Positions 1 to 10,825 of a stretch of 64,000 nucleotides of DNA are shown here, in pieces. The notes below the pieces were generated by a model. That model searched no databases. It saw only the letters and a program-made list of their open reading frames with translations, and was not told where the DNA came from. Origin of the DNA: Thermoleophilia bacterium. Its GTDB lineage: Bacteria > Actinomycetota > Thermoleophilia > RBG-16-64-13. The stretch's first letter is position 1; every line of letters starts with the position of its first letter. Position numbers and translations under genes: made by a program. The stretch is from NCBI GenBank assembly GCA_027493445.1, contig JAOSKU010000001.1:3609845-3673844 (forward strand), read 5' to 3'.

Positions 1-1006
1 GGGACCTCGCGCCGATGCCGAGCCGAGGGCATGTTGTAGTAGAGGCCGCCCCCGGGCACGCCTAGAGTGCCGGCCAGGAAGGCCAGGGCGTGCACGGCGC
101 GCACGCTCTCACCTCCCCGATGGTAGCGCTGTGCGCCCCAGCCCACGATGGTGGCGACGCGCGCGGTGCGGGCGTATGTGCGGGCTAGGAGCTCGGCGCC
201 GGCGCGGGGCGTACCGCTGGCGGCCAGCAGGTCGTCCACCGGGTGACGGCGCAGCAGGTCCTCGAACGCTCCCCGATCAGCCGCCTGCTCCCACGGCACG
301 GGCCGGTCGATGAGCTCGAGCAGCAGCGCGGCTACGGCCAAGGCCAGGAAGCGGTCGTGGCCGGGGCGTACCCGCACCACCTGGTCGGCCAGCGCGGTGG
401 CGGTGGCCCCATCGGGTGTCACCGCCACGACAGGCGCTCCCCGACCGCGGGCGGCCTTTACCTGCGAGGCCGTGTGGATCGAAGAGGCCCGTGGATTCTT
501 GCCCCAGAGGACGACCGCCTCCGCCTTGTCGATCTCCGTGGGGTCGTTCATGTCGACCGCTCCGGCGTCCAGCCGACAGGCGGCGCCGCCGGCGGCTTCG
601 CACAGGCTCCCCCGCGTGGTGCGAGCACCCAGCGACGCGAAGAAAGCCTCGATGAAGTCCTTGCTCGCTCCCATGGAACCGCAGCCCCGCAGCAGAAGCA
701 CCGAAGCGGGGTCATTCGCCAAGGCGGTGGACAGGGCCGCGCAGGCGGCGTCGAGGGCCTCCGCCCACGAGACGGGCTCGAAGTCGCCCTGCCGGCCTCC
801 CCGGCGCATGTGGGGCTGGGTGATCCGGGAAGGGCTCCTCAGCCGGTCTGGGTAGCGGCGGATCTTGGCGCAGGTGAAGTCTCGGGTGTACGGGTGGTCG
901 GGGTTCCCGCGCAGACGCAGGCTGCCGCCATGGGGCCGGCAGAGGATGGAGCAGCGGTCGGGGCAATCGAGGGTGCAGATGGTGAGGATGCCGGCGCCGG
1001 TGCTCA
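1..1006 (-). CDS. Molybdopterin oxidoreductase family protein, N-terminal part. The gene continues past the window start and is absent from the ORF track because it is edge-truncated.
   Basis: Reverse-complement translation from ATG at 1006 gives a continuous 335-aa ORF to position 1. It reads MSTGAGILTICTLDCPDRCSILCRPHGG (CxxDCPDxC N-terminal FeS motif), then WGKNPRAS, then LAFLAGTLGVPGGGLYYNM (GNIGxPGGG-like motif of MopB enzymes). Confidence 0.7.
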
Positions 1007-1139
1007 TGCGCCCCAGGATACCGTGCCGGTTGGCCCATATCGACCCCCGGACTCCCCCGCTCGCCCCCAATGTCGGCGGCCAGCCGTGACCCCGACCCAG
1101 CCGCGACGCCCGTCGCGACTGCTAAGATGGTCGCGATGA

Positions 1140-2327
1140 GTGCGACTCAGCGACCGAGGACGCGGCATGGCGCCGCCCAGTGCTGCCCGGCGGCCGGCGG
1201 GTGGTTCTGCGGGGCCCTGGCCGCCCGGAGGGCGGCCGGCTGACGTGGGCACCGAGCTGCTCGTCGATTCTCCCGTTTTCCGCACGCGGCTCAGGGACGA
1301 TGTGGTCTCCGCCCGGGAGCACGTGTACGTGCAGACTCTCTCCTTCGAAGGCGACGACGCCGGCCGAGAGCTCACCGATCTCCTCTTGCGGGCCGCCTGC
1401 CCGGACCGCCGCCTGCTGATCGACGCCTACTCGCTGGTTAAGATCAGCGACAAGTTCCTCTACTCGCCCCTGCGCTTTGGTGACCACGAGCTTTTCCGCG
1501 AGCGCAGGCGCACCGGCGGTCTTGTTCGCGAGCTCCGCCGCGCGGGCGTGCGGGTGGGTTTCACCAACCCCATGGGGCCCTTGTTGATCCGCTACCCGGC
1601 TCGCAATCACAAGAAGCTGGCGGTGATCGACGGGCGAGTGGCCTACATCGGGGGGGTCAACTTCAGCGACCACAATTTCCAGTGGCACGACCTCATGCTC
1701 AGATTCGAGGATTCTGAGGTGGCGCGGGCGCTGGGCTGGGACTTCGAGCAAACCTGGCAGGGCCGCAACCTGTGCATGACCAAGGTCATCCCTGGGGCGG
1801 AGATCCATGTCTTCCGGGGGGGCGCCAACGAGCCCCGCTTCGAGCGGATCCTGGACCTGATTGACCGGGCGGAGCGCTCGATCTTCGTGGAGAGCGCCTA
1901 CTTGACCTTTCCTTTTCTGGATCGTCTCGGTCACGCGAGCCGGCGGGGAGTGGCGGTTACCGTGGTGGCCCCCCGGGAAAACAACTTCAAGACCATGGAC
2001 GACTACGTCGCCTGGGAGTGTCACCGATATGGCATCGACCTGCGACTCTACCCGGCCATGACCCACCTCAAGGCCATGCTGGTGGACGACGGTGTGCTGG
2101 TAGTGGGCTCCACCAACTTCGACTTCGTGAGCTACCGGCTGGAGCAGGAGGTGGTGGCCCTGATCACCGACCCCTCCGTGCTGGCCGTGTTCCGCGCCCA
2201 GGTCGTGGAGCCTGACTTGGCGGCCTCCGTCCCCGCCCCCGTCTGGTCACGGGGCGCGCGTGGCCTCTGCCGTCGGGCCCAGCTCCAAATGGTCGACGGC
2301 TTCGCCAGGATCGTGCAGCGCCTTTGA
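1140..2327 (+). CDS. Phospholipase D / cardiolipin-synthase-like protein with two HKD motifs
   Basis: Two HxK(x4)D motifs are present: [22 protein letters not shown] and [20 protein letters not shown]. The gene is divergent from the upstream molybdopterin gene. The exact start is uncertain; M at 1167 is possible. Confidence 0.7.
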   Translation: MRLSDRGRGMAPPSAARRPAGGSAGPWPPGGRPADVGTELLVDSPVFRTRLRDDVVSAREHVYVQTLSFEGDDAGRELTDLLLRAACPDRRLLIDAYSLVKISDKFLYSPLRFGDHELFRERRRTGGLVRELRRAGVRVGFTNPMGPLLIRYPARNHKKLAVIDGRVAYIGGVNFSDHNFQWHDLMLRFEDSEVARALGWDFEQTWQGRNLCMTKVIPGAEIHVFRGGANEPRFERILDLIDRAERSIFVESAYLTFPFLDRLGHASRRGVAVTVVAPRENNFKTMDDYVAWECHRYGIDLRLYPAMTHLKAMLVDDGVLVVGSTNFDFVSYRLEQEVVALITDPSVLAVFRAQVVEPDLAASVPAPVWSRGARGLCRRAQLQMVDGFARIVQRL

Positions 2328-2395
2328 GGGCTCGTTCAAGACGAGCTGCAAGTAGCCCTCGTCGGCATCCGGCCGCGGGCGGAGAGGAGAACGCC

Positions 2396-5300
2396 GTGGA
2401 TCAGCCCATCATCAGCGCCGTCGGGGTCCACAAGACCTACGACACCGGCAAGGTCAAGGTGCACGCCTTGCGTGGCATCGACCTGGCCATCGCCCGGGGA
2501 GAGATGGTGGCCATTATGGGCCCTTCGGGTTGCGGCAAGACCACCCTGCTGAACACGCTCTCCGGACTGGACGACATCGATGCCGGCGAGGTGGTCGTCG
2601 AGGGTAGGCCGCTCAACACCATGTCCGACAGGCAGCGCACCCGCTACCGGGCGGAGCGCATGGGCTTCGTCTTCCAGTTCTTCAACCTGTTGCCCGTGCT
2701 GAGCGGCGTGGAGAACGTGGAGCTCCCATTGCTGGTCGCCGGCGTCAAGCCCGGACGTGCCCGCCGGCAGGCGGAGGAGGCCATGGGGCTTGTAGGCCTC
2801 GCCGGCGAAGAGGGCAAGCGGCCCGCCGAGATGTCCGGGGGCCAGCAGCAGCGAGTGAGCGTCGCCCGCGCTCTGGTCAACGAGCCCGCGCTGGTCTGGG
2901 CCGACGAGCCCACGGGCAGCCTTGACAGCGAGACTTCGGCCGAGGTCATGGAGCTCCTTTCCCGTCTCAACAGGGAGAAGACCCAGACCTTCGTCCTGGT
3001 GACCCATGACCCGGCGGTGGCCGCCCGGGCCGGCCGGATCGTACACATGCGCTCGGGTCGGATCGAGAGCGACGGTCCCAACCACACGCAAAGCGCGGCC
3101 GCTTCGGCGGGCGGGCCCCCGTCCGCTAGGGGGTCGGTGATGGAAAAGATCTTCGGGGTACCCATCGACCAGTTTATGCTGGTGTTCCTCGGGCTCTTCC
3201 TGGCGGCGGGCCTAGTCACCACTGTGGTCGCCCTGCGCAGCCGGGTGGCCTTCCGCTTGGCCGTGCGGAACATCCCCCGGCGGCCCACGCAGACGGCCCT
3301 CATCGTGCTTGGCCTGATGCTGGCCACGCTCCTGTTTTCGGCGGCCTTCTCCACCGGGGACACCATGACCCACTCGCTGAGGGTCCAAGCCCTCGACGAC
3401 ATCGGCGAGGTGGACGTCATCGTGCGGGGCCGCGATGACGGCTCCGGCCGCCGGCCCTACTTCGACGAAGCCCTGGCCAACGACCTGGCCGGGCGGGTCG
3501 CCACCCTCGAGGACGTCGCGCCTTCCGCGATGCCGGTCTCCCTGGAGACCGCTCCGGTGGTCGCCGGCGGTTCCGGGCTGAACGAACCGGCCGTGACTGT
3601 GCTCGGCGTGGATGAGGCGCGCATGTCGGGCTTCTCTCCGCCTCGTACCGCCGGGGGCGAGGAGCTGCCGGTCGGCTCCCTTCCCGGTGACGGCGTGCTC
3701 CTCAGCAGCAAGGCGGCCGAGAATCTCGGCGTGGCCCTGGGGGACGGTGTCCAGGTCTACTTCGGCCCGCAGCCGGCAGCCATGACGGTGGCCGGCGTCT
3801 ACGACTCGGGAGCGCACCCGGCCGGCGAGATCTCCCTGGTGATGCCCCTGGCTCGGCTGCAGCAACTGACCGGCAACGAGGGCCGGGTCAACGCCCTCCT
3901 GATCACCAGCACCGGCCATCTGGTGGAGGGCGCCCGGTACACCGACGCGGTGGTGGGCGCCTTGAAGCCGGCGTTGGAGGGTACGGGCTTGGAGGCCGAA
4001 CCGGTCAAGCAGGACGCACTCGACGAGGCCGACCAGGCCGGAGCGTCCTTCGCCTCGATATTCCTGCTGTTCGCCCAGTTCTCCGTGGCGGCCGGCGTGC
4101 TGCTCATCTTCCTGATCTTCGTCATGCTGGCCGCCGAGCGCAAGCACGAGCTCGGTATCGCGCGGGCGGTGGGCGCGCAGCGGGGGCACGTAGTGCGCAT
4201 GTTCGTGTTCGAAGGAGTGGTGTACGCCTTGATGGCCGCGGCTGCGGGGAGTCTTCTGGGCGTGGCTGTGGGCTGGGGCATGGTGCGCATCATGGCCGTG
4301 GCCTTGGGCCAGGTCGACTTTCAGCTGGCCTTCAGCTTCAACTGGAAGAGCGTGGTTATCGCCTTCGTCATGGGCATGGTGCTCACCTTCGTGGTCGTGC
4401 TCGCGTCGTCGTGGCGGGTCAGCAGGCTGAACATCGTGCGGGCCATACGGGACATCCCGGAGCCGAAGGTGTCCCGTCGCAGCCGGCTGCGCCTGGCGGC
4501 CGCCATCCTGCTGGTTCTGGGCGGGGTGCTCGTCACGGCCGGCGGCTATCGGAGCCTGCAGTGGGGCCCCACGGCGTTGGGTGTGTCGCTGGTCATCATC
4601 GGGCTGGCCCTGGTGGCCCGCCGGCTTGGTGCGCCCGACCGGGTGGCCTTCACGGCTGCCGGCGTGGCCCTCATCGTCTGGTGGCTCCTGCCGGCCTCGG
4701 TGACGGAGCGAATCCTGCCGGAGATGGAGGCCGGCATCGAGATGTTCTTCCTCTCGGGCATCATGCTGGTCTTGGGTGGCGTGTGGGTGGTCATCTTCAA
4801 CGCCGATCTGGGACTGCGGGCGATCGTCCTGGTCCTGGGCCGGCTGAAGGGCCTGCCCCCGGTGCTCAAGGCCGCCGTCTCCTACCCCATGCAGAACCGC
4901 TTCCGCACGGGGATGACCCTCTCGATGTTCTCGCTGGTGATCTTCACTCTGGTGGTCATGGCGTACATCATCAGCGGACTCGGCGGCCTCTTCGCCGATC
5001 CCTACCGCCTCACGGGTGGGTACGACCTCCTGGCTACCGCGAGCTACGCCAATCCCATCTCCGATTTCGGACACGAGCTGGCCCAGTTGCGGGCGTCATC
5101 TGTGGGTACGGCCGAAGAGGCTCGGGCGTTGGCGGCTATCGAGACGTTCGGGGGCACGGGCGCGGTGCCCGTCCAGGCGCGCCCCCAGGGGTCGCAGCAG
5201 GAGCCTGCGGATATCACGGTGACGGCGGTGGACGACCTCTACGCCGGCTCGGTCACGTACGACTTCGCCCTGCGGGCCGCCGGCTACGACTCGGGCGAGT

Positions 5301-6133
5301 CGGTGTGGCGGGCCCTGCGCGACGAACCCGCTACGGCGGTGATCTCGGCCATGCTCGTTCCGAGCCGCACCAATTTCAACGTGGGAGGGCAGCAGCCTCC
5401 CTTCCAGTTCGAGGGCTTCTACCAGCAGGACGAGAGCCTGCCCGAGGTCATGCTCGAGGTGACGGATCCTGCGAGCGGCTACAGCCAGGAGCTCCGGGTC
5501 GTCGGCGTGCTGCCGGCGAGCGCCTTCTTCGGCGGGGGAGTGATGACCTCGCGCCGCACCCTCGAGAGCTTGGTCGGGCGCCCGGTGCCCCCCCAGACAT
5601 ACTACCTACGTCTGCACGAAGGCGCCGACGCCTCAGCGGTGGCGACGATGCTCGAGAAGCGTTTCCTCGCCAACGGCCTGCAGGCTTTCGATCTCAGAGA
5701 GGAGCTGGACAAGGCGGCTGAGGCCAACACCATGATCAACACCCTCCTACAGGGTTTCATGGCCCTTGGGCTCGTCGTCGGCATCGCCGCCCTCGGTGTC
5801 ATCTCGGCCCGGTCGGTGGTGGAGCGGCGCCAGCAGATCGGGGTGCTGCGGGCCATCGGCTTCCAGAAGGGCATGGTACAGGCCTCGTTCCTGTTGGAGT
5901 CCTCGTTCATCGCTCTACTGGGGATCGGCATCGGGCTGGCCCTCGGCATCGCCGTCTCCGGACAGGTCATGGACAGCCTGGCCCAGGAGATCGAAGGCCT
6001 CACCTACGATCCGCCCTGGCTCTCGATCCTGGTCGTCACGTTGGTCGCCTACGCGGCCTCGCTGCTGACCACCTACATCCCCGCTCGACAGGCGGCCGCA
6101 GTCCGTCCGGCGGAGGCGCTGCGCTACGAGTAG
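2396..6133 (+). CDS. ABC transporter with fused ATPase and FtsX-type permease (MacB-like efflux/lipoprotein-release family)
   Basis: Walker [13 protein letters not shown] signature [15 protein letters not shown] and Walker B LVWADEPT are present. A long C-terminal part has several TM segments and two FtsX-like blocks. GTG start at 2396 is preceded by GGAGAGGAGA. Confidence 0.85.
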   Translation: MDQPIISAVGVHKTYDTGKVKVHALRGIDLAIARGEMVAIMGPSGCGKTTLLNTLSGLDDIDAGEVVVEGRPLNTMSDRQRTRYRAERMGFVFQFFNLLPVLSGVENVELPLLVAGVKPGRARRQAEEAMGLVGLAGEEGKRPAEMSGGQQQRVSVARALVNEPALVWADEPTGSLDSETSAEVMELLSRLNREKTQTFVLVTHDPAVAARAGRIVHMRSGRIESDGPNHTQSAAASAGGPPSARGSVMEKIFGVPIDQFMLVFLGLFLAAGLVTTVVALRSRVAFRLAVRNIPRRPTQTALIVLGLMLATLLFSAAFSTGDTMTHSLRVQALDDIGEVDVIVRGRDDGSGRRPYFDEALANDLAGRVATLEDVAPSAMPVSLETAPVVAGGSGLNEPAVTVLGVDEARMSGFSPPRTAGGEELPVGSLPGDGVLLSSKAAENLGVALGDGVQVYFGPQPAAMTVAGVYDSGAHPAGEISLVMPLARLQQLTGNEGRVNALLITSTGHLVEGARYTDAVVGALKPALEGTGLEAEPVKQDALDEADQAGASFASIFLLFAQFSVAAGVLLIFLIFVMLAAERKHELGIARAVGAQRGHVVRMFVFEGVVYALMAAAAGSLLGVAVGWGMVRIMAVALGQVDFQLAFSFNWKSVVIAFVMGMVLTFVVVLASSWRVSRLNIVRAIRDIPEPKVSRRSRLRLAAAILLVLGGVLVTAGGYRSLQWGPTALGVSLVIIGLALVARRLGAPDRVAFTAAGVALIVWWLLPASVTERILPEMEAGIEMFFLSGIMLVLGGVWVVIFNADLGLRAIVLVLGRLKGLPPVLKAAVSYPMQNRFRTGMTLSMFSLVIFTLVVMAYIISGLGGLFADPYRLTGGYDLLATASYANPISDFGHELAQLRASSVGTAEEARALAAIETFGGTGAVPVQARPQGSQQEPADITVTAVDDLYAGSVTYDFALRAAGYDSGESVWRALRDEPATAVISAMLVPSRTNFNVGGQQPPFQFEGFYQQDESLPEVMLEVTDPASGYSQELRVVGVLPASAFFGGGVMTSRRTLESLVGRPVPPQTYYLRLHEGADASAVATMLEKRFLANGLQAFDLREELDKAAEANTMINTLLQGFMALGLVVGIAALGVISARSVVERRQQIGVLRAIGFQKGMVQASFLLESSFIALLGIGIGLALGIAVSGQVMDSLAQEIEGLTYDPPWLSILVVTLVAYAASLLTTYIPARQAAAVRPAEALRYE

Positions 6134-6266
6134 GCCTGGGACAGGTTTCCACCGCCGGTGCGTGTAGGCCGAAGGGCGACTGGGTAGGCTGTCTGCTGGA
6201 GTCGTGGCGCGGGGGTCTCGGCTGGGTGCTGGGCCCCGGGGCGGCGCCGGTGAGGGAGGACTCGGA

Positions 6267-6686
6267 ATGGCGCCCCGCGTAAAACCGGGCCGTGAAGCGC
6301 ACGTGGCGGTCGATCTGCCCGCCGCGGCCGGAGAGAGCGATCTCGCAAGTCTGCTCAGTGTGGAGGAGCGGCTCGCCGAACTACTGGCGGCCGCCGACGA
6401 GGAGGCGGCTCGACTCGAAGAGGTCGCCCAGGCGAGGATTCGCGAGGCCGACATCCGGCTGGAGGCCGAGCTCGAGGAAACTCGGCGCGCTCTCAGGCGG
6501 CAGATCGAAGCGGACACCGAGGAGTCTCTCGCCCGCATCGCCGCAGAATCCGCGGCCGAAGCCGCCCGCTACGAGCGGGTCCGGGGCGCAGAGCTGGAAC
6601 GCTTGGCGGCCGACCTGGCCGTGCTCGTGGCGCTCGCGGCTTCGCCGGCGGAGGCCGGCCCGGAACAGCCGGGAGGAACGCCATGA
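6267..6686 (+). CDS. atpG: V/A-type ATPase small peripheral-stalk subunit (subunit G/H-like)
   Basis: Small Glu/Ala/Arg-rich coiled-coil protein directly upstream of subunit I, at the same position as atpG in Thermus atpGIKECFABD operons. ATG at 6267 follows a GGAGG site. Confidence 0.55.
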   Translation: MAPRVKPGREAHVAVDLPAAAGESDLASLLSVEERLAELLAAADEEAARLEEVAQARIREADIRLEAELEETRRALRRQIEADTEESLARIAAESAAEAARYERVRGAELERLAADLAVLVALAASPAEAGPEQPGGTP

Positions 6687-8581
6687 TCCTCGAGATGTCC
6701 CGCTTGCGCATCCTGGGTCCTCGGGACGCGTACGACGGGGTCGTCCGGGCGTTGCAGGACGCGGGGGTGCTGCACCTGGCCAGCCCGCCGTCCGGGCCGC
6801 AGCTCGAGCCGCTCAGATTGTCTCCCACGCAGGAACGGGAGCGACGGTGCCTACGCCGGGTGCTCGAGGATGTCGAGGTCGTCTTTGACGACCTCCACTG
6901 CCCGGGCCGCATCGCGAAGCTCCCCCCGGGGTCGCCGCCGCACGCACTCGACCGCTCCTCCTTCATGAACTGGGCACGCAAAGCCCGCCGCCTGCGCCAG
7001 GAGATCGCGTATCTGCGCCAGCGGGCCGCCGGACTCGAGGAGGAGCGCGCCCTTATCCTCAAGTACCGCTACTTCCTCTCCGCCTTCGGACCGCTGCTCA
7101 CCGAGGCCACCCGGGCGGCCCACCTGGCCGCCTATCACATCGTCCTGCGGCCGGACGAGGCGAAGGCGGTCGAGAGGCTGCGTTCGGGGCTGGAGGCCGT
7201 GATCGGGGATGCCTTCGACCTGCGCAGCCGCCGCCTGGCGACGGGAGAGACGGCCGTGCTGCTTCTGGTAGCTGCCGCGGGAGCGGAGCGCGTCGAGCGC
7301 CTCCTGGCCGAGGCTCGGGTGCAGGAGATTCCGGTTCCCGTCAGCTTTGGGGGAGGCTCGCTGGCCGAGGCCGTGCCGCGCATGCGGGCCCGCCTGGAGG
7401 CGATACCCGAGGAGCTGGCGGCCGGCCAACGCAGGCTGGACGCTTTGGCGGCGGAGCACGGGGGAGGGCTGCGAGCGGTCCGCTCGGCTCTGCACGATCG
7501 CCTCGGCGAGCTCGAAGCGCTGCCTCTGCTGGGCGTGACACGCAGGGCCTTCGTCATCGAGGGATGGGCCCCCGCGGCTCGGGTCGCGGGGTTGCGGGAG
7601 TCCCTGGCGCGGGAGTTCGGCAGGCTGGTGGTAATCCGGGAGCTGGGGGACACCGGCGAGGAGGCGCCGGTGGCGCTCTCGAATCCGGTCGCTCTGCGGC
7701 CCTTCGAGCTGGTGATCCGCCTGCTTCCTCTGCCCCGGTACCACACCGTGGATCCCACGCCCTTCGTAGCGCTCTTCTTTCCCCTCTTCTTCGGACTCAT
7801 GTTGGGGGACGTAGCCTACGGCGTGATGCTCGCGGGTGTCAGCGCCTTCCTTTGCCTGCGCTCCCGTCCCGGAACGGTGCTGCGGTCGGCTGCGGTCATC
7901 GCCACGGTGTGCGCCGGCTGGACGATCGTCTTCGGCCTGCTGTTCGGCGAGCTTCTCGGCGACCTGGGGCGCCGCCGGCTCGGGCTTCGGGCCCTCGCCT
8001 TCGATCGGGAGGAGGCCATGCTCACCTTCCTGGGGCTCGCCATCGCCATCGGCTTCGGTCACGTCCTGCTCGGCCTGGCTCTGGGGGTGCGATCCGCCTG
8101 GCGGGATCAGCGGCGCCTGGCCCTCGGGCGGGGCGTAGCGGCGGTCATGGTGGTTCTGGTCGGAGTGGCCGTGCTAGCGGGCGCCGGACCGCTCCCGGCC
8201 TGGCTGCTTCGGCCGGCCATCGGGGGGCTGGTGGCGGCCTTGCCTCTCCTGCTGGCCCTGGAGGGAGTCATCGCGGCCGTGGAGCTCCTCTCCACGCTGG
8301 GCAACATCCTCTCCTATGCCCGGCTCATGGCCCTGGGGACGGCCTCTGTGATGCTGGCGCTGGTAGCGAACCAGATGGCGGGAGCCATGGGCAGCCTGAT
8401 CTTGGGGGGGCTGGTGGCTCTGCTCTTCCACCTGCTCAATTTCGTCCTGGGGGTGTTCAGCCCGACCATCCACGCCTTGCGTCTGCATTACGTGGAGTTC
8501 TTCGGGAAGTTCTACAGCGCCGGAGGTGTACCGTACCGACCGCTCGCCCGTTGGGGGCCCGAGGCCGGTGCACGGATCTGA
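6683..8581 (+). CDS. atpI: V/A-type ATPase subunit I (membrane a-subunit)
   Basis: N-terminus MILEMSRLRILGPRDAYDGVVRALQDAGVLHL is typical of subunit I. There is a hydrophilic N-terminal half and a polytopic C-terminal half. The start overlaps the upstream stop. Confidence 0.9.
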   Translation: MILEMSRLRILGPRDAYDGVVRALQDAGVLHLASPPSGPQLEPLRLSPTQERERRCLRRVLEDVEVVFDDLHCPGRIAKLPPGSPPHALDRSSFMNWARKARRLRQEIAYLRQRAAGLEEERALILKYRYFLSAFGPLLTEATRAAHLAAYHIVLRPDEAKAVERLRSGLEAVIGDAFDLRSRRLATGETAVLLLVAAAGAERVERLLAEARVQEIPVPVSFGGGSLAEAVPRMRARLEAIPEELAAGQRRLDALAAEHGGGLRAVRSALHDRLGELEALPLLGVTRRAFVIEGWAPAARVAGLRESLAREFGRLVVIRELGDTGEEAPVALSNPVALRPFELVIRLLPLPRYHTVDPTPFVALFFPLFFGLMLGDVAYGVMLAGVSAFLCLRSRPGTVLRSAAVIATVCAGWTIVFGLLFGELLGDLGRRRLGLRALAFDREEAMLTFLGLAIAIGFGHVLLGLALGVRSAWRDQRRLALGRGVAAVMVVLVGVAVLAGAGPLPAWLLRPAIGGLVAALPLLLALEGVIAAVELLSTLGNILSYARLMALGTASVMLALVANQMAGAMGSLILGGLVALLFHLLNFVLGVFSPTIHALRLHYVEFFGKFYSAGGVPYRPLARWGPEAGARI

Positions 8582-8600
8582 AACGGAAGGAGGAAGCGTC

Positions 8601-8819
8601 ATGGAGATGTTCGTGGTGACCCTGAGCGCAGCCCTGGCCGTGGGGCTCTCGGCCATCGCCACGGGGTGGGCCCAGTCCAGGATCGGGTCGGCCGGGGCGG
8701 CTACGATCGCCGAGAAGCCGGAGATGACTTCGACGATCATCATCATGCTGGCCATCCCCGAGACCATGGTGATCCTGGGCTTCGTGGTGGCCGTGCTGAT
8801 CATCCTGCGGGGAGGATGA
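8601..8819 (+). CDS. atpK: V/A-type ATPase proteolipid subunit K (c/L)
   Basis: 72-aa two-helix proteolipid: MEMFVVTLSAALAVGLSAIATGWAQSRIGSAGAATIAEKPEM...AIPETMVILGFVVAVLII, with the conserved carboxylate Glu. RBS GGAAGGAGGAAG lies upstream. Confidence 0.9.
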   Translation: MEMFVVTLSAALAVGLSAIATGWAQSRIGSAGAATIAEKPEMTSTIIIMLAIPETMVILGFVVAVLIILRGG

Positions 8820-8822
8820 CGG

Positions 8823-9461
8823 TTGGCGCTCGAGCACCTGATACGGGCTCTTGAGGAGGACGCCGAAGGCCGGGTGCGCCGCCGGCTGGAGACGGCCCGG
8901 GCGGAAGTGGACCGCCTGCTGGCCGAAGCCGAGCGCGAGCGGGGGCAGCAGCGGCTAACGCGCCTCCGGGATTGGGAGAAGGAGCTGCGTCGCGAGGCGT
9001 ACCTGGAGCTCGCTCGAGCCCGTCGGGAAGGCTGGCGCGAGGTCTTGCTCGCCCGGGAGAGGATGCTAGATCGGGTCCTTGCTGCGGCGGAGGACCGGCT
9101 GGCGGCGCTGCTCGAACAGGATGCCTGCCGGATCGCCCTGGGTGAGCGCTTGGAGGTTGCCCAGGCCTACATGGGGGATGAGCCTTGTGTCCTACGCGCC
9201 TCACCGGGGCTCGCCGGCGAGCTACGCAGCCACCTCGCCGGGCGCGCGGGCGTGACGGTCGTCGAGGAGCCGGATCTAGGGAGCGGCTTCAGCCTCGAGG
9301 CTCGAGACGGGTCGGTGCGGGTGGATGGTACGTTGGAGGCGCTGCTTGCCCGCTTGCGGCCGGTCCTCTCGCTGGAGGTCGTGCGCCGGGTTGAGCGGGG
9401 CCTGGGGGCCGGCCGCCAGCGCGCGGCCGGCCTCCAGAGCACGGCGGGGGGACGGGCATGA
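8823..9461 (+). CDS. atpE: V/A-type ATPase subunit E
   Basis: Coiled-coil N-terminus followed by a globular C-terminal domain. Operon position matches Thermus atpE. A TTG start is implied by the ORF track. Confidence 0.75.
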   Translation: MALEHLIRALEEDAEGRVRRRLETARAEVDRLLAEAERERGQQRLTRLRDWEKELRREAYLELARARREGWREVLLARERMLDRVLAAAEDRLAALLEQDACRIALGERLEVAQAYMGDEPCVLRASPGLAGELRSHLAGRAGVTVVEEPDLGSGFSLEARDGSVRVDGTLEALLARLRPVLSLEVVRRVERGLGAGRQRAAGLQSTAGGRA

Positions 9462-10486
9462 GGCTCCAGGCCCCTGTATCCTGGGAGGATCTGAACTCCC
9501 GAGCCCGAGGGCTATCGGGACGCCTGCTCACCAGGGCTCAGCTGCACTCGCTGGCCGAATCGTCCGACCTGCCGGCTCTGGCCGAGGCCCTGAGCACCCT
9601 TGGGTATCTGCCCAGCGATCTGGCAGGAACGGTCTCGCCCGAAGCACTCGACCTGGCCTCGCGCCGACTTGCCGGCGCGAGGCTGGAGACGCTGGCCCGC
9701 TGGGCCCGCGGGCGGGCCGCTCCCTTGGCGGTGGTCTTCGAGGACGAGGACCGGCGGAGCCTGCGCGCGTTGCTGCGGGGGGCGGTGCAGGGAGCGTCCG
9801 CCGAGCTGCGCACGGCCGGCCTCATACCGACGCCGCGCCTGCCCGAGAGGGTTCTCGAAGAGCTCGCGCGCCTGGGATCGCCGGGAGCGATCGCCGCGCT
9901 GCTGGTGTCCTGGGGCGACCCGTACGGCAGCGCCGTGCTGCGGGAGGCGCGCAGCCCTCAACCCGACCTCTTCCGGCTCGAGACCGCCGTCAACCGGACG
10001 TACGCGAGTCGGGCCCTGGCGGCCGCGAGGCGAGGCGGCCGCCGTTTGGTGGCCTATGTCCAGGACTCCATCGATCTCGAGAATGCCGCCGCCGTCCTGG
10101 GCTTGGTGGGCCAAGGCAGCGACGTGCCCAGTGGGGAGTGCTTTCTGGTCGGGGGCGTCCGGCTCGATCGGAAGGCCTTCGAGGCCGCCACCGCCCTCGA
10201 TGACCTGGAGGCCGTGCTGAAGCGCCTGGTCCGCGTCTTCGCCCACACGCCCTACGCGGCGGTCTTCGAATCCCGCGCCGGCGATCCGGAGGCGATGGAG
10301 CAGGCCTGGCTCGAGACGCGCATCGAGGCGCTTTTCCGGGACGCCCGGCGCGAACCCTTGGGCCCCGCTCCTCTTCTCCTGTACGGGCTACGGCTGCGCC
10401 GGGAGGTGACGGTCCTCAGGCGGGTGATCTGGGGAGTGGCCCTGGGCGCTCCCGGTGGGGAGCTCGCGGGTGGAGAGGCCGGATGA
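9458..10486 (+). CDS. atpC: V/A-type ATPase subunit C (d)
   Basis: 342-aa alpha-helical protein between E and F. The start overlaps the atpE stop. Confidence 0.75.
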   Translation: MRLQAPVSWEDLNSRARGLSGRLLTRAQLHSLAESSDLPALAEALSTLGYLPSDLAGTVSPEALDLASRRLAGARLETLARWARGRAAPLAVVFEDEDRRSLRALLRGAVQGASAELRTAGLIPTPRLPERVLEELARLGSPGAIAALLVSWGDPYGSAVLREARSPQPDLFRLETAVNRTYASRALAAARRGGRRLVAYVQDSIDLENAAAVLGLVGQGSDVPSGECFLVGGVRLDRKAFEAATALDDLEAVLKRLVRVFAHTPYAAVFESRAGDPEAMEQAWLETRIEALFRDARREPLGPAPLLLYGLRLRREVTVLRRVIWGVALGAPGGELAGGEAG

Positions 10487-10815
10487 TGAGGCACGGCGTC
10501 CGGGTGGTATGCCGTCCCGAGGTAGCGGCCGGCTTCGCGCTTGCCGGGATGCACGTGCTCGAGGCCGACTCGATCGACCGCGGGGTGCGCGCCATCGTCG
10601 AGCTGGGAGGTCGCCCGGAGGTAGGGGTCATCCTGGCCCAGGAGGAGTTCTACGAGGGCCTCCCCGAGGAGGTGCGCCGCGACCTGGGTCGCCGGCCGTT
10701 GCCCATGGTGGTGCCTTTTCCGGGACCGACCTGGCAGGGGCGCCTGGCCGGTCCTGAGGCCTACATCGTCGAGATCCTTCGCCAGGCGATCGGTTACCGC
10801 GTACGGCTGCGTTGA
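10483..10815 (+). CDS. atpF: V/A-type ATPase subunit F
   Basis: 110 aa. MMRHGVRVVCRPEVAAGFALAGMHVLEADS matches the subunit F fold signature. Confidence 0.8.
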   Translation: MMRHGVRVVCRPEVAAGFALAGMHVLEADSIDRGVRAIVELGGRPEVGVILAQEEFYEGLPEEVRRDLGRRPLPMVVPFPGPTWQGRLAGPEAYIVEILRQAIGYRVRLR

Positions 10816-10825
10816 GGGGGAGGAG

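Noticed and set aside
243-1139. 298-aa plus-strand ORF (and the neighbouring 310..855 and 416..655 ORFs) at the window start
   Set aside because: The products are low-complexity and rich in Arg, Gly and Pro. They lie antisense to a clean 335-aa molybdopterin-oxidoreductase reading frame on the minus strand, which carries conserved motifs.
3212-5074. 620-aa minus-strand ORF inside the ABC-transporter gene
   Set aside because: It is antisense to a gene with Walker and ABC-signature motifs. The product is a His/Asp/Arg-rich low-complexity string typical of high-GC antisense frames.
6851-8062. 403-aa minus-strand ORF
   Set aside because: It is antisense to atpI, with low-complexity composition and no motifs.
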